DNA of 64,000 bases from Octopus sinensis (GCF_006345805.1 NC_043000.1:28334001-28398000), one strand, 5' to 3'; shown: positions 25,561 through 43,706, numbered from the stretch's first letter. Notes: generated by a model from the letters alone, not told the origin. A program made the numbers and translations.

Positions 25561-26492
25561 GCTCATAGCGCCGCTTCTTAAGACTAGCAGATCTATATTC
25601 GTCTGTATTTTTTTTTTGTTGATAGTTTTATCTCCGGACATTTTTTTTTTTCTTTCCTCCTCTTCCTTTCTTCAAGGCTTACTGTGTCTGTATTAGTTCG
25701 AAATAATGAGAATAAAATACGGAGAAGGAAACGAAAAGAAAGGGAAAAAGACGGGATCTGTCAGTTATTATTGTTATTACTATCATCTTCACCACCATCA
25801 CCATCATCAGCAACATCACCATCACCATCATCATCTTCAAGGACATTGTTTTATGTGTAGCCACAGCCACCATCAACACTCCATTGTGTTGGAGAATGGG
25901 TGGTTAAAGAATTCATGTTCTTTGGGTCTATAAATAGCTACGGTAGATGGTGGAGACAAAGGACGTTAATGGTCAGTAAAAGGTCAAACCTGTTTACGTT
26001 TATTTATTTATTTATTTTTTTTTTTTTCCTTTCTCTTTTCTTCTTCACCACATGCATATGTATATGTATATATATGTATATTCACTCACACATATTATCT
26101 GATGTTTTCGTCGAAGATTTTTTTTTCTTTTTTTTAAATAACTTTCTGAGTTCAATGTTACGTATATATTTTTAAATTTCTGAATTCAGTTGTATGTATA
26201 TAGTAGTAGGTGCTTAATTCCATAACTTTTTATCGTGCATTTAATTGTGTTGTTACAATAAAAGGTAATTTAAAAGGCAATTTTACACATTCTTATAGTC
26301 ATGAGAGACGACTAAATGTAAATGTTCACACAGAATTGGAGATATTTATGTTTCTAATTTTTCTTGTTAGGTGTACGTTTGTATGAGCTGTAGATATGTA
26401 ATTTTTTTTTTTTACTTATTTTGAGGGTAATTCAAATTACTTACAGAAAACAGTAGATCTTCCAGTTTTCTACAGTTGACCTGCTGGGTTCG

Positions 26493-26690
<198 letters not shown>

Positions 26691-26694
26691 GTTA

Positions 26695-27518
26695 GTGAAT
26701 TTGGCTCAAAAGCAAATAGCAAGGCCATGTAGGGGGACATGGAGTTAAGTACAGGGTGGTGTTCATGTAAAGAGTTCAGGCCACTTGAGATCAAGGGAGG
26801 CTTTGAACAAAGCGGTCGTCGGCATCTTCACCATCTTGTCTGGCAGCTTGTTCCACGGATCCGCAACCCGGACGGAGAAAGCTCCTCTCCTTCGATTGAG
26901 ATGAAATCGTCGCAGGTAGAGCTTTTCGGAATGACCCCGCAGCCGACGCTCTGGAGCAGGAGTGAAGAACAGCTCTTTCCAGAGGTTACACTTTCCGCTT
27001 ATGATGTTGTGGGCGAGAATGAGATCACCACGGCGGCGGCGTTTTTCAAGAGAATAAAGGTCGAGCGTCCTCAGCCTTTCTTCGTAGGACAAATTTTTGA
27101 GACCATGAACCATGCGGGTAGCCAGCTTCTGGACTCTTTCGAGATGCTGTATGTCTTTGAGGAGATAAGGAGAAGAGGCTTGAATCCCATACTCCAATAT
27201 GGGTCTCACCAGCGTGACATAGAGTGGTGGGAATATGGCTGCTGTGAGCATTCCGAATGACCGTCGAATCAAGAACAGAATTCCGCGTGCTTTGTTGGCA
27301 GCATGGACGCACTGGGCCGAAGGCGAAAAGGAGGAATCCACCAAGATACCTAGGTCCTTTACCTGATCGGTCCTTTCCAGCAGCAGACGACCCGGCTCGA
27401 AATCAAGTTGAGTTGCAGGAGTAGAGCCGACAGGCAGATGACAGCACTTTGACACGTTCAGACACAGGTCCCAATTGTTAGACCACTTCCAAATTTGGTG
27501 GAGGCATCGACGAAGATC

Positions 27519-27520
<2 letters not shown>
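26695..27520 (-). mobile_element. CR1-clade LINE, 5'-truncated 3' end
   Basis: WSNNWDLCLNVSKC, VKDLGILVD, YVTLVRPILEYG, LERVQKLATRMV, YEERL..LDLYSLEKRRRRGDLI, RGHSEKL, FSVRV..WNKLP. Tail (TAAC)n(TAAA)n(TAA)n; (ATT)n on both sides. Confidence 0.9.
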
Positions 27521-27569
<49 letters not shown>

Positions 27570-28122
27570 GAGTGAGCGAGCAGAGCATGCCATCAAAGTG
27601 ACACTGGGGTAAAATATACGAAGCCCAGTATACCCATCATGACTACCCGTCTGATAAGGGTACACCAGGCACATGCATCACAACCATATGTGCGCGATAT
27701 GGTGATCTCATATCAAGATAACAGCACATGACCTTGCAGGTGGAGCCCAGTTAGAATTTTCTTCAGATCGAGTAACCCATCCTGCTCAAATGGTCCCTGA
27801 ATAAGGGTTGTTTAAGGACGTTGAACGAAACACCTATGTTTCCAGAGGTGAATTATTCAAACCCCAAAGAATCCTTCTCAACACATGGCTATGATGCTCC
27901 CCCACTACTTCTGCTCGTGATCAGAGATGCACATATCGTCAGCCACTAAGGGACATGCTCAACTGGTTAAGGTCAAACAACTGACAAGCAAATCTGTGGT
28001 ATTGAGCAGAATATTTGCTGTAGCCCATCTTTTATACCAAGACAAAACAATGTACATGATAACACTTCCAATCAGTTAAGATCAGAAGCCATGAGAGCCA
28101 CTGCCTGGTACTGCATCAGGGC

Positions 28123-28124
<2 letters not shown>
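27570..28124 (-). mobile_element. Element X, full-length copy (~555 bp, non-coding)
   Basis: Sharp termini gagtgagcgagcagagcatgccatcaaagtg...ctgcctggtactgcatcagggcat, with (ATT)n on both sides. Confidence 0.9.
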
Positions 28125-28167
<43 letters not shown>

Positions 28168-28191
28168 AAAATTATTATTATTATTATTATT

Positions 28192-28750
28192 GAGTGAGAG
28201 AGCAGTTCATGCCATCAAAGTGACACTGAGGTAAAAATATACGAAGCCCAATATACCCATCATGACTACCCGTCTGATAAAGGTACACCAGGCACATGCA
28301 TCACAACCATATGTGCGCGACATGGTGATCTCATATTAAGATAAACAGCACATGACCTTGCAGGTGGGGCCCAGTTAGAATTTTCTTCAGGTTGAGTAGC
28401 CCATCCCGCTCAAACGGTCCCTGAATAAGGGTTGTTTAAGGATGTTGAAAGAACCACCCATGTTTCCAGAGGTGAACTATTCAAACCCCAAAGAATCCCT
28501 CTCAACACATGGCTATGATGCTCCTCCACTACTACTTCTGCTCGTGATCAGAGATGCACATATCGTCAGCCACTAAGGGACATGCTCAACTGGTTAAGGT
28601 CAAACAACTGACAAGCAAATCTGTGGTATTGAGCAGAATATTTGCTGTAGCCCATCTTTTATACCAAGACAAAACAATGTACATGATAACACTTCCAATC
28701 AGTTAAGATCAGAAGCCATGAGAGCCACTGCCTGGTACTGCATCAGGGCA

Positions 28751-28751
<1 letters not shown>
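28192..28751 (-). mobile_element. Element X, full-length copy (~560 bp)
   Basis: Same termini, highly similar but not identical to the adjacent copy; (ATT)n on both sides. Confidence 0.9.
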
Positions 28752-28797
<46 letters not shown>

Positions 28798-28837
28798 TAT
28801 TATTATTATTAATTATTATTATTATTATATATTATTA

Positions 28838-28873
<36 letters not shown>

Positions 28874-28957
28874 TACTATTACTATTACTATTACTATTAC
28901 TACTACTACTACTACTACTATTATTATTATTATTACTATTATTATTATTATTATTAC

Positions 28958-29000
<43 letters not shown>
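28752..29000. repeat. (ATT)n/(ACT)n array
   Basis: Seen directly. Confidence 0.95.
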
Positions 29001-33135
<4,135 letters not shown>

Positions 33136-33544
33136 TTTTTAGAGAGAAACGGCAAAGGAATACGCACACTTTAATTTCTTTATTACATTCATTATAATGA
33201 AGAGTATAAATCCAAACATACCTCGAGGAATGTTAGCTTTTTTATGACTGACATCAAGCGTAGTAAGAAATTATCAACATGCCTTCCTTTTATCATATTG
33301 TGGCAACTCACACATTATATTTAAATATATGTCATAATTGAACATGATTCCAGATATTTGCTGTTGATAATTTCGTTCTGTTATAAACGTCGCTGTTCAA
33401 TTGATAAGCCGCCTATAGACAATTGTTGTTCAGCAGCTATGGCATTACAGTATTTAGTTTCAGTTCAAGTAGAAGTTTCATATGACAAGTCAACTTCGGT
33501 ACTGAGTGTGTATTATTCCGTTATGAGACGTAATTTTACCTGGA

Positions 33545-34030
<486 letters not shown>

Positions 34031-34199
34031 ATTTATTCTTTCTTGTTCCGTTTTAGAGAATTTCGAACTTTTTTTCCGGTTGACGTATATATTTATCGAT
34101 AAATTAATTTTTGTTATCAGTTATTTTATTCTTTTTTCTTTTCATAATATTCCCTTTTGCAACTCTCCTTTATTTTTTAATAGTCACGTGTTTTATATA

Positions 34200-34700
34200 G
34201 TCTTCTAAGCCATTTTCTTCTCCTCTCTGACAATTTACATACATTTTCGATATTTACCTATAATTTTTTCCCACTTATCTTTTCCACCTTTTTCTACTTG
34301 TAACGTTTCCTCTTCGTCCACATCCTTTATTTTTACCCTCATAGCTACTACGATATTTACACCATTTCTTTTTCTGCTTCCAATCCTCATTATCCAATTT
34401 ACTACATTTCTATCCCACTCAATACCACTCAACACTAGCCAGCCACCTACATTGCATATCACTCACACAACAATGCCAACCTTACACAGAAAATGTTAAT
34501 ATACACACAGCACTACACCTTTTCCTCTTTTCGTAACTCTTTCACGTAGCACTGCACATTTACCCAGTCCATAACGTTGCTTCCCTATAATCCTTTCCAC
34601 CATCCTTCCATTTTCCATTCCTTTTTTGACTGATGAAAATATTATATCCGAAACGTCAAAGCCACTAGTTTTCTTGCCTTTTCGTTTCAAGCGTCAAACT
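34200..34700 (+). mobile_element. Penelope-like terminal remnant with a decayed hammerhead (34628-34660)
   Basis: Pyrimidine-rich tract, then CTGATGA-aaatattatatcc-GAAAC-GTC-aaag. The core is intact; the stem II base and stem I are mispaired. Confidence 0.45.
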
Positions 34701-34753
34701 AATGACATCTTAGTGAACATTTCTGTTTCTTCTTATGCTTTTTCATGTATATA

Positions 34754-34930
34754 TAGCGTATTTTAACATGTGTAAGGAACCCCCTTTTATTTTTGTCAAA
34801 AATTAGGTTTAAAAAATATGGCAGTTTCTAGTTTCTTATCCCTTACAAAAACTTTTTTCCAAATATTAAGCCCCCAAAATTAGATGGTTCCTTATACTCG
34901 AGGGTTACATATACACGTTAAAATACGGTA
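34754..34930. mobile_element. Tc1/pogo-type MITE
   Basis: Imperfect TIRs tagcgtattttaacatgtgta / tatacacgttaaaatacggta, with TA flanks. Confidence 0.6.
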
Positions 34931-35219
34931 CATATACATAGCCATGAATACATATACAGAGACACTCACTCACGCACACTCGCATATATACACATACATA
35001 CATACACACACATATATATTTATATAATTGTATTTATTGAAGCCGAATCTGAGTGTTGGACTCACGATTTGAGTTTCGCACCACTGTGATAGTCTGATAG
35101 ATGTGGTGGCATGCGACACTGGTATCGTGAGACAAAGTCTGAGCTTACGCTTTAATAAAAATTATAAATATATAAATAAATACATACATACATATGTACA
35201 TACATAGGCATATATACAG

Positions 35220-35255
35220 ATAGATAGCTAGGAAAAGAGACAGACAGGCAAATAA

Positions 35256-35308
<53 letters not shown>

Positions 35309-35325
35309 CAGATAGATAGACAGAC

Positions 35326-35388
<63 letters not shown>
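35220..35388. repeat. (GATA)n array at the 3' junction of Tx1 copy 1
   Basis: Seen directly. Confidence 0.95.
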
Positions 35389-35791
35389 TGTTTCTTTATT
35401 AGCCACACAGGGCTGCACACAGATAGAACAAATTACAAGGTAGAGCTTTTCTTTTGAAGGTTTAAAAAAAATTAAAAAAATAATAATAATAATAAAATAA
35501 AAAATAAAATAAAATAAAAAAGGGGGGGTCGATCAAAAGGGATCGTAAAAGGAGAGAAAGAGGACAAAAAAAGGGGGGGTTAAAAAAAAAGGGGGAGAGG
35601 AAAAAAATTGATCAATAGGGATCGTTATCACAGAAATGTCAATATGAAGTGTAAAGGGGAGGACAGGTGAGGTTTACCCGTGGAAAGAAAAGCCTACGGA
35701 AAAGACCACGGTAACCTCGGTCAATGAAGTCACATGTTATATTTCTTTTTTTTTTTTTGCAAATAAGCAACTCTCTGTATTAATTTACGGT

Positions 35792-38700
35792 TCATAGAAT
35801 CATAGTCAAGGTGGCTTCGTCATTCATACGTGCCATCCTTGCTACATTCACCCATCTTTTTTTAAAACATTCACTAGACAACACTTGCCTCTCTACTCTC
35901 ACTTTTTTCTTCAAGTGATACTTGAAGAAGTTGATGAGAGATTGACCAGAGAGGAAAGTGTTTGTCTCTAATCCTTTCAGACGCGTCCACCAGATACATT
36001 CTTTCGCCATAGCCACAAGTATGATAAAAATAGCTCTTCCTTCCCGTTTGAAGGAAGGAGGCGTGACGATATTAACGATAGACTCGGCGGATAAACCGAC
36101 ACGTCCCACACGTGACAGCAGTCGTTCGACATAAGCCCACAGGTGGGAAATTGCTGGACACTGCACGATTGCGAGAGCGGTTTCGTCGCTCTGCCCGCAT
36201 CTCGGGCAGGTCGGCCCCGTGTTTCTCGAGCCATGCATATAGAGCTTATCCCGAACGGGTAGCGCTTCTCGGTAGCACCGCCAGGCCAGGGATCTCTGGA
36301 AGTTGTCCATAGGTCCCGGGCCGAAAGTCGTTTAAAACAGGCGGGTCAGGTATTCCTCGTCGACGCCCAGGTTTGCCCCGAGCTCGTCGTCGTACCTCCC
36401 CTCCACTAATCCCCTATAGAATGCTTTGGTGTTGTGTTGAAGTCACTCAAGGTCGACCCGGGACGGCAGAGTTGCTTGAGAGCAACGCGACACTCGCGGT
36501 GCCATTCGCCCTTCTTCGGCCTCTTTCTGATCCACGACTGTAGTTCGGTCATGGAGACGAGTTGCGGGAGTGCGTGCCTCACAAACGGCGACCACACCTG
36601 TTCACCGTCGTCACATAGAGCCGGAGATGTCGCAGTCTCAGCGCGTGTCTGCGCATCATCAACCACGGCATGCCCAGCCCTCCTTTTAACGGGTGTTGAC
36701 AGCAAATGGATCGCCTGACCATCGGGACGCATCCTTTCCACAAGAAGCGGAAGAGGATGCGTTCTAGTTTGGTGATGGTAGGGTCGGGACAAGGTACGAC
36801 GGTCAGGCGGTAGTAGATGATGGACGCGATGTAGTACGCGTTCACCACCTCCGCCCGACCTTTTAGGGACAGTTTCCTCTCGGCCCATTGCTGGGCGAGA
36901 GTGGCTACCCTACTCGTTATCTCGTTCCAGTTCTTCTCCATTTGGAGGTCTGGACCGAACCAGACCCCGAGCAACTCAACGGGCCGTCTGTCCAGCGTCC
37001 CACGACGAGGTGTGGGTACTGGTTGACGGCATGGGTTTGCTTCTCCAGGGCCGAGTCGCAAGCCCACTGACTTTCTCGGTTGATTTTTGCTCCTGTCACC
37101 GCTTCGTAGTAGTCTTTCAGTGTCTCGCCGACCAGCTTGATGTGCTCGTGGCTTGACACTATGACGGTGACGTCGTCCGCGTATGCAGACACGCTCGTCC
37201 CGCATCCTAATTCTCGCGGGATGCCCCTCAGAGTCGCCAGCTTCCGCAGTAGTGGCTCAAGAGTCAATACGTATAGAAGCGCCGAGAGGGGGCATCCCTG
37301 ACGGACCGAACGTGCAATGTCGAAAGGTCTCGATAGATGTCCATTTATTCGAATTACCGAACGGATGCCTCTGTACAAGGCAGCTATCCAGCCGCGGAAG
37401 ACGGGACCGAAACCAGCCGCTCTCAGGACTGCCTCCAAGTATCGATGGTCTACCCTATCAAAGGCTTTCGATTGATCCAAGTTGATCAGGGCCCCACCCA
37501 TGCCAGGTTCGTTAACTAACCTGTCTATGATGTAGCGCATCAGATGGAGGTTGTCATGGATGCTCCGGCCCGGCACGGCGCACGTTTGTGCGTTGTCGAC
37601 CAGTTTCTCCATGACAAGCGCCAACCTCTTGGCTAACACCTTTGTCAAAATTTTCAGGTCTGCATTGAGCAGAGTGATTGGCCTAAGTTATCTATAATGT
37701 TTCCCTTGTTTGGATCTTTCTTCAGCAGTTACAGCTCCTCGACTCACAAAACCAAAACCGGGTATGCTCCCGTTTGCTGCAGTTGTTCGCAGTATACCGC
37801 TGCCAAGACGTCTCCAAACAAGTCTGGCATTGCAATAGTAAAATTCGTAGGGTAGACCATCCAAACCCGGTGATTTGTCCCTCGAGCATTCTGCCATCGC
37901 TTCCCGCACTTCCGCCGCCGTGATGGCACCTTCGCAGCACCCTGCCTTTCTTGTCGAGAGTCGTGGCAGGCTATGTAGGTAGGCACTGAAGTCTACCCTA
38001 CGTTCTTGCCCTCCACTCGTCCCGAACAGTCGGGCAAAATGCTGCTGAAAGGCCTCACACATTTTACTTGGCTCGAGCAATTCGCGCCCCTGTTCATCTA
38101 CCAGTGACCGAATGGTGGCTTTGTTGCCCTGTTGCGCCTCTGCCACCCGGGCCTCTCTCGCGGCTCCAACACCTTCGTTCCTTAGAGCACGCATCCTAGC
38201 TCTGACAGCACATCCTTCGTGTTTGGCGTTGAAGTGTTGGTCGAGGGCCAACCTCGCCGCCAAAACGTCGGATGCGATATGCCGCTTCTAATTGCCTCTT
38301 CTAGCTTCTTAACTAGCTCACCCTCTACTCTATTTCTATCTATGGCTAGTGCTTTGCTGTACATAATCGCTTCTGCTTTTACTGCTCTTTTGAGGGCAAA
38401 CCACATTTGTGTTTGATGATGGCTCCGTCAAAGCCCTCTTTACTAGTGTGCTAATCCGGTCTCTGAAAACTTGTCTGGACGGGAATGATGCGTTCAGTTT
38501 CCAGTACCCAGGACCCTGTCTATGTGCCTTATCTAAGTCTAGCGTACACGTCACCAATTTGTGATCCGTGTAGCTGACTGTGTGGAATTGTGGACATCCT
38601 AAGTTATCCTTGTCTACTGTCCTACACAGTATCCTATCTAGATACGATCTCGACGACCCACTGCGGTTGCTCCATTCCACGTTGGTGCATTTGGGTGGTC

Positions 38701-39236
38701 GAGTCCGTACCTGTCAGACAGTTGGAATCGTCTAAGCAGGTCTCTGAAGCATTTGCATCCCCTTCTGTTTCTATCTCTACCCACGTAGTCTACATGCGTG
38801 TCCAAGGTAGCATTCCAATCCCCCACTAAGAGTAAAGGACGAGACGTTTCCCAAGAATACTTCTAGACGTCGAAAGAAATCCGCCCGACCTGTTTAGGGC
38901 GGTGCGTAGACTGATACGAGTCGAAAAGCGCCCCATTGCTGCCGTCAACATCCAGAACGATCAGTCTACCCTCCGGGTCTACGAATATCGTCTTGACTTC
39001 GAGATCCAGGCTCTTGTGAAAAAGTACCGCGGTGCCACTACCGCCCATCCTCGGCAGACAGGAGCGAAATAAATGTTAAACTGTCCGCCAACATGGACTT
39101 TAGGCCCGTGGCTCGTGGAGTCTGGTCTCACTTATGGCTATGATTCCCAAATCATGTGACTTGATGTCATTTAGGAGGTATCCTTGTTTCCAAGGAGACC
39201 CCAACCACGCGCATTCACACAACCAATCTTGACCAT
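35792..39236 (-). pseudogene. Tx1 ORF2 (AP endonuclease, reverse transcriptase, CCHC); frameshifted
   Basis: MVKIGCVNARG, MGDWNATLD, SYLDRIL, YTDHKLV, KSPGLDGLP, LDQSKAFDRVDH, VRQGCPLS, YADD, PTCPRCGQSDET. Confidence 0.9.
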
Positions 39237-39285
39237 GATTCTATGGGGTGTGTGCTTTAAAACACACAAATGAAAGTACAGAGAG

Positions 39286-41380
39286 TTACTTACTTGTGTC
39301 GAAAGTTTTGGCTTCCTCGTTCTTTGATGTGTCTTCGAGGAGGTTTCTATATAGTTTTTTGGACAGATATTCTGGAAACCCCTACAGCATTTGGAAGAGG
39401 GCTTTGAGTTGTGGTGTTGTGTTTGTGTGATGTGTAGTATTTTGATGTGTTTGGGTGGTGTAGTGCGTGGATGATTGCTATTTTTAAAGTCATCTTCACA
39501 AATGTTTGTGTATCCTGTGATGTACTCCATTAGTTTGGAGTCTTTTGTGTCTATCGCTGATAGCATTGTTTTTGTGGTGTTGGTGCTTGTTTTGTTGTGT
39601 ATGGAGTTTTCAGGGTTCAGGTTCTCCCTGCTTTGGTTGCGATTTTCTTTGGTTTTTCTTGATCTTTTTCTTTTACCCCCTGTGGCTATTTGCCATTCTG
39701 TCGAACTTTCATCGTTAGATGAAAAGTCTGACGAATCAGCAGGGGCAAGGTAAGCGTCTGGGTGTGTTTGTGCGGTGTAGATATTGTTGTGGTGCGCGGG
39801 GAGGGTGTTGCTGGGGGGTTTGTGTGGTTATGTCTCTCCTACATCCTTGGTGCTTGTCTTCTTCGTTGTTATTCTTGGTGTTGGAATTGGTTTATTTGTT
39901 GTTGGTGGTGATGATTCTGTTCTTGGCGCTGGTGTTGGTGTTTGTTTGTTGGGTTGGCTTGTTCTTTTTGTTTTTTTCCTGCATTTTCCGCATACAGCTT
40001 CTTGACTAGCTGTCCATATTGTGGTGTGGGCAATAATCCTGGCTTTTGTGATTTTTCCTGTGGCTGTTGTTGTTGTTGTAATTTTGCAGCAGATTTGCAC
40101 TCCTTTTTGAGGTGTGCCTCACTGCACATGTATAGCATCGTGGCCTTCTGCCTTCGACTACTACGTATAACTTGCGGCCATCCTCAAGATGTACGTGGGT
40201 GGGGATTTTATTTATGTCCTCTTGACTTATGTGGAGAGGAACTCTATTCTCTTTCCCAGCCAGTCCTTGTTTTCCGAAACACCGATATCTAGGATGTTAT
40301 GTCCTCCATTTCGGATGTTAAGGCGGATGTAATCCACAGTGTTGTAGTCACTTGGGGGACACCACTGATAATGACTCTCGTCACCTTCTGGCCGAGTAAC
40401 TCGGTGTCAACGTTAGTTCATCAGAATGAAGGTTATCGTTGAGAATTTCTTCGCCAACTCTTCATTCTGAAAAACCACCTGTACGTGTGCGAACTTGTTC
40501 GCCCAAGTCACACAATCCTTGTATCCCCAGATGGGGCGTAAGCACTTTTCGACTTGTCTGTGCTTGCCTTTTCTGGACTTTTTTGTTTTTTATTTGTGAT
40601 TTTATATACAATTGTCTTTTTTTTCTCCTCATTCAGTATGTGCTGAGGTATGTGTAAGAGTATTTTTTCGTTTTGATTTGTAATAAGGTTTCTGCAATCT
40701 TAATCTGTTGTGTAGTAAACGAAACTTTTGTTACCTTTTCTTTATCGCCTCGGCGAAGTTTGTTGTTGTTTTGTTATTGTTGTTACTGCCGGTGGTGTTG
40801 GTGTTGATGGCAGGGGTGTGGGTTGTAGGTTTGTGGTTGCTGATTATGCAACTAGCAAGGTTGGAAATTGCCTGCGTAATTTAGTCCTGCATTAGCGCAA
40901 ATTTCGGCATTTCGTTTGCTTGTCGTCGTTATTTTTTCACTTGTTGGTGATGGAGTGAGCAGTGGTTGAAGGGAATTGTTGTTGTCGTCGTCGTCGTTGT
41001 TGTTGTTGTTGTTGTTGTTGTTGTTATTGTCGTTCTTGGTGACGGCGGTGGTGTTAGTAGTATTAGTAGCATTGACGGCACGGTCTTTGGTGGCGGTGAT
41101 GTTGGTATTGTTATTGGTGGCGACGTCTTTAGTAGGGATAGCAGTTTTAGTAGCAGATTCTGCCATGGTGTTGTTGTCGGTGTTGGTGGTGGTGGTGGAC
41201 TCACTGATGGTGTTGACGGTGCTTGGCCTTGCGACCTTTGTTTTGTATTTGTTGCTGTTGTCGGTTGTTGATGGTGGCGGAGTTGTCAGGTTCAGCAGCG
41301 TAAGGTAACAGAGCATCCTGTTTTTCTGCCTCTGCGTCACGCTTGACTTGCACCTCAGCCTCGTGGTGACCAGTGGCCAT
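39286..41380 (-). pseudogene. Tx1 ORF1 (gag-like, low-complexity T/N/Q-rich, zinc knuckle); frameshifted
   Basis: Probable start MATGHHEAEVQ at 41380. VVVEGRRPRCYTC/SEAHLKKEC lies across a frameshift near 40.12 kb. It ends EEAKTFDTSK* 49 nt before the ORF2 ATG. Confidence 0.65.
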
Positions 41381-41595
41381 TTTGGAAATAAAATGGCTAA
41401 ATGAAACCACGAAGGCTATGAGAATTTTTCCTTTTAAATTTTGCCCACAGGGCAAAATTTTGTGTAGATATTAATCAAGGTTTGCATGGATGTTGTTGCA
41501 CAACTTTTAAACACAAAATATTTCACAATAACAATTTTCAACGTACAAAATGACCAACTTACGTGGAGCCCATTTGACTAGCGTCCGTCCATGTC

Positions 41596-41647
41596 GAGAG
41601 ATAGATAGAAATAGTAGATAGATAGATAGATAGATAGATCGATAGAT

Positions 41648-41696
<49 letters not shown>

Positions 41697-41700
41697 CAGA
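41596..41700. repeat. (GATA)n array at the 5' junction of Tx1 copy 1
   Basis: Seen directly. Confidence 0.92.
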
Positions 41701-41949
41701 CATGCACACACACACAAACCAGCACATATATCTTTTATTCATCCTCTTTTACTTGATCAAGTTATTTGACTGCGGTCATGCTGGGACACCTCCTTGAAGA
41801 GTTTTAGTGGAACAATTTATCGACCCCAGGCAATTTTGTTAAAGTCTTGCAATTATTCGTCGAACAGCTTTTGTTACGGGGGCAAGAACGCACCAACACC
41901 GGTTGTCAAGCGGTGCTGGTGTGAGCAAACGGGTACACACACAAACATG

Positions 41950-41982
<33 letters not shown>

Positions 41983-41992
41983 TATATATATA

Positions 41993-42590
41993 TTAAAAGA
42001 CCTCTAAAAGAAGAAGCAAGTGCTAGATACACAAAAAGTGGATAAATTCAATGAAATGAAAATCAAAAACATTTACAAACTCGGCTCATCTTATACTGCA
42101 GTTTCGGCTTTTTTTTAGCAGTAAATATAATTTATCTGCCAAGGCTAGACTCTTCAGTAAGCAGCCTTTGTTATCCTAGAAGTACAAATCGTTAGAAGCA
42201 TGTGCGGGTCTACCGACTTGCATTCTCTAACTTTTCAAACCATTGCGCGGGCGCAAAACGCACCCGACAAACAGAGAGGGTTGTGGTATAGGGTCTACGA
42301 TCAAAATTTCTCGAGTAATATGTAAACATAGTAAAAGGGTAATAAAATAAATTATTATCACCGGTGATCCAGCACAAAAGACAAGCTAGCCATTATGCTA
42401 TATGTTATTCATATATATGTACATTAAAAGGCATCTAAAAGAAGAAGCAAGTGGTAGATACGCAAAAGGTGGATAAATTCAATGAAATGAAAATCAAAAA
42501 CGTTTACAAACTCGGCTCATCTTATACTGGATCACCGGTAATAATAATTTATTTTATTACCTTTATACCATGTTTATATATATATATATA
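41993..42590 (-). mobile_element. Penelope-like pseudo-LTR remnant: direct repeat plus inverted segment
   Basis: 41993-42100 is repeated at 42425-42530; 42325-42372 is repeated inverted at 42527-42575; contains a hammerhead. Confidence 0.65.
42090..42161 (-). ncRNA. Type I minimal hammerhead ribozyme
   Basis: ctta-CTGAAGA-[stem II gtct..gcag taaat/attta ctgc..agcc]-GAAAC-tgca-GTA-taag: stem I CTTA/TAAG, palindromic stem III loop, GUA cleavage triplet, one mismatch in stem II. Confidence 0.75.
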
Positions 42591-42693
42591 TAAGGATTTA
42601 CATGTCGTTGCATTTTGAAATACACTCAGACAAACACGCACCACACACGCACACACACATACAACCCAAACCCACACACACACATACATACAT

Positions 42694-42771
<78 letters not shown>

Positions 42772-43035
42772 CCACATGTGAATCGTTGGCGATTATTTTT
42801 CCTTCGTCTTCTTTTTCTATTGGACTTTCCTCTGCTTCTGAAGGAAACGTTCTCGAAACATTAAAACATCTTTCCTTCCCTGAGTGTCCGCTAATACTTT
42901 AAATGTAGCACGTCCTAATGTTGTTTTTTGTATTTGTTCTTTTTTTTTTTTTTGTATTTATATATATATATATAGATAGACACACACACACACACACACA
43001 CACCACCACACACACAACACACACACACACACACA

Positions 43036-43113
<78 letters not shown>

Positions 43114-43341
43114 CACGACGGTATTCACATATACTCGAAATGGATGAGCAATCTAACGTGTTGCTAACAATTAGAATATCTTGTTTCGTAAATATTGTAT
43201 TGCTTTATCGAGGATGTAGCTAATACCCGCAGGAATATCTGCCTGGCAACTGAGCTTATGCTGCAATGTAGTTAAATTCCACACAATTTGCTCACTACAT
43301 CCTTGTAATATTTAAAAACAGAGTGGTGTATACGTATATAT

Positions 43342-43391
<50 letters not shown>

Positions 43392-43439
43392 ATGTGTGTA
43401 TGCATGTATGTATGTATGTATGCATGTATGTATGTATGT

Positions 43440-43642
43440 ATTATTTTGTTTCAGTAATCAGTCAATCGACTGCATTCAGTCGAAGTGATCGACCCCAAAA
43501 CTTATTCTTTGTAAGCCTAGTACTTAATGTATCGGTCACTATTCCCCAAAGCGCGAAGTTATGGGGGCAAAAACACACCAATATCAGTTGTCAAGAGATC
43601 GTAGGGGGACAAACGCACACATGCATGTATATATATATTTAT

Positions 43643-43705
<63 letters not shown>

Positions 43706-43706
43706 C

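Larger units (their letters stand above)
35388..41598 (-). mobile_element. Apparently full-length Tx1/L1-clade non-LTR retrotransposon (copy 1, ~6.2 kb)
   Basis: ORF1 with a zinc knuckle plus ORF2 APE-RT-CCHC. The 3' end ...ggctaataaagaaacata joins (TCTA)n; the 5' end ctcgacatggacgg follows (TCTA)n. Confidence 0.92.

Noticed and set aside
26763-27674. 303-aa ORF as a novel chimeric protein with a poly-Asn tract
   Set aside because: It is chance read-through from element X across (AAT)n into a truncated CR1 RT C-terminus.
28100-28124. Resemblance of the X end (CCTGATGCAGTACCAGG) to U2 snRNA stem-loop IV
   Set aside because: The match is short and gapped, and no other U2 segment is recognisable; it needs an Rfam search.
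40852-41340. Thr/Asn-rich 162-aa ORF as a mucin-like host gene
   Set aside because: It lies inside the Tx1 element, between its 5' end and the zinc knuckle, so it is low-complexity ORF1 sequence.
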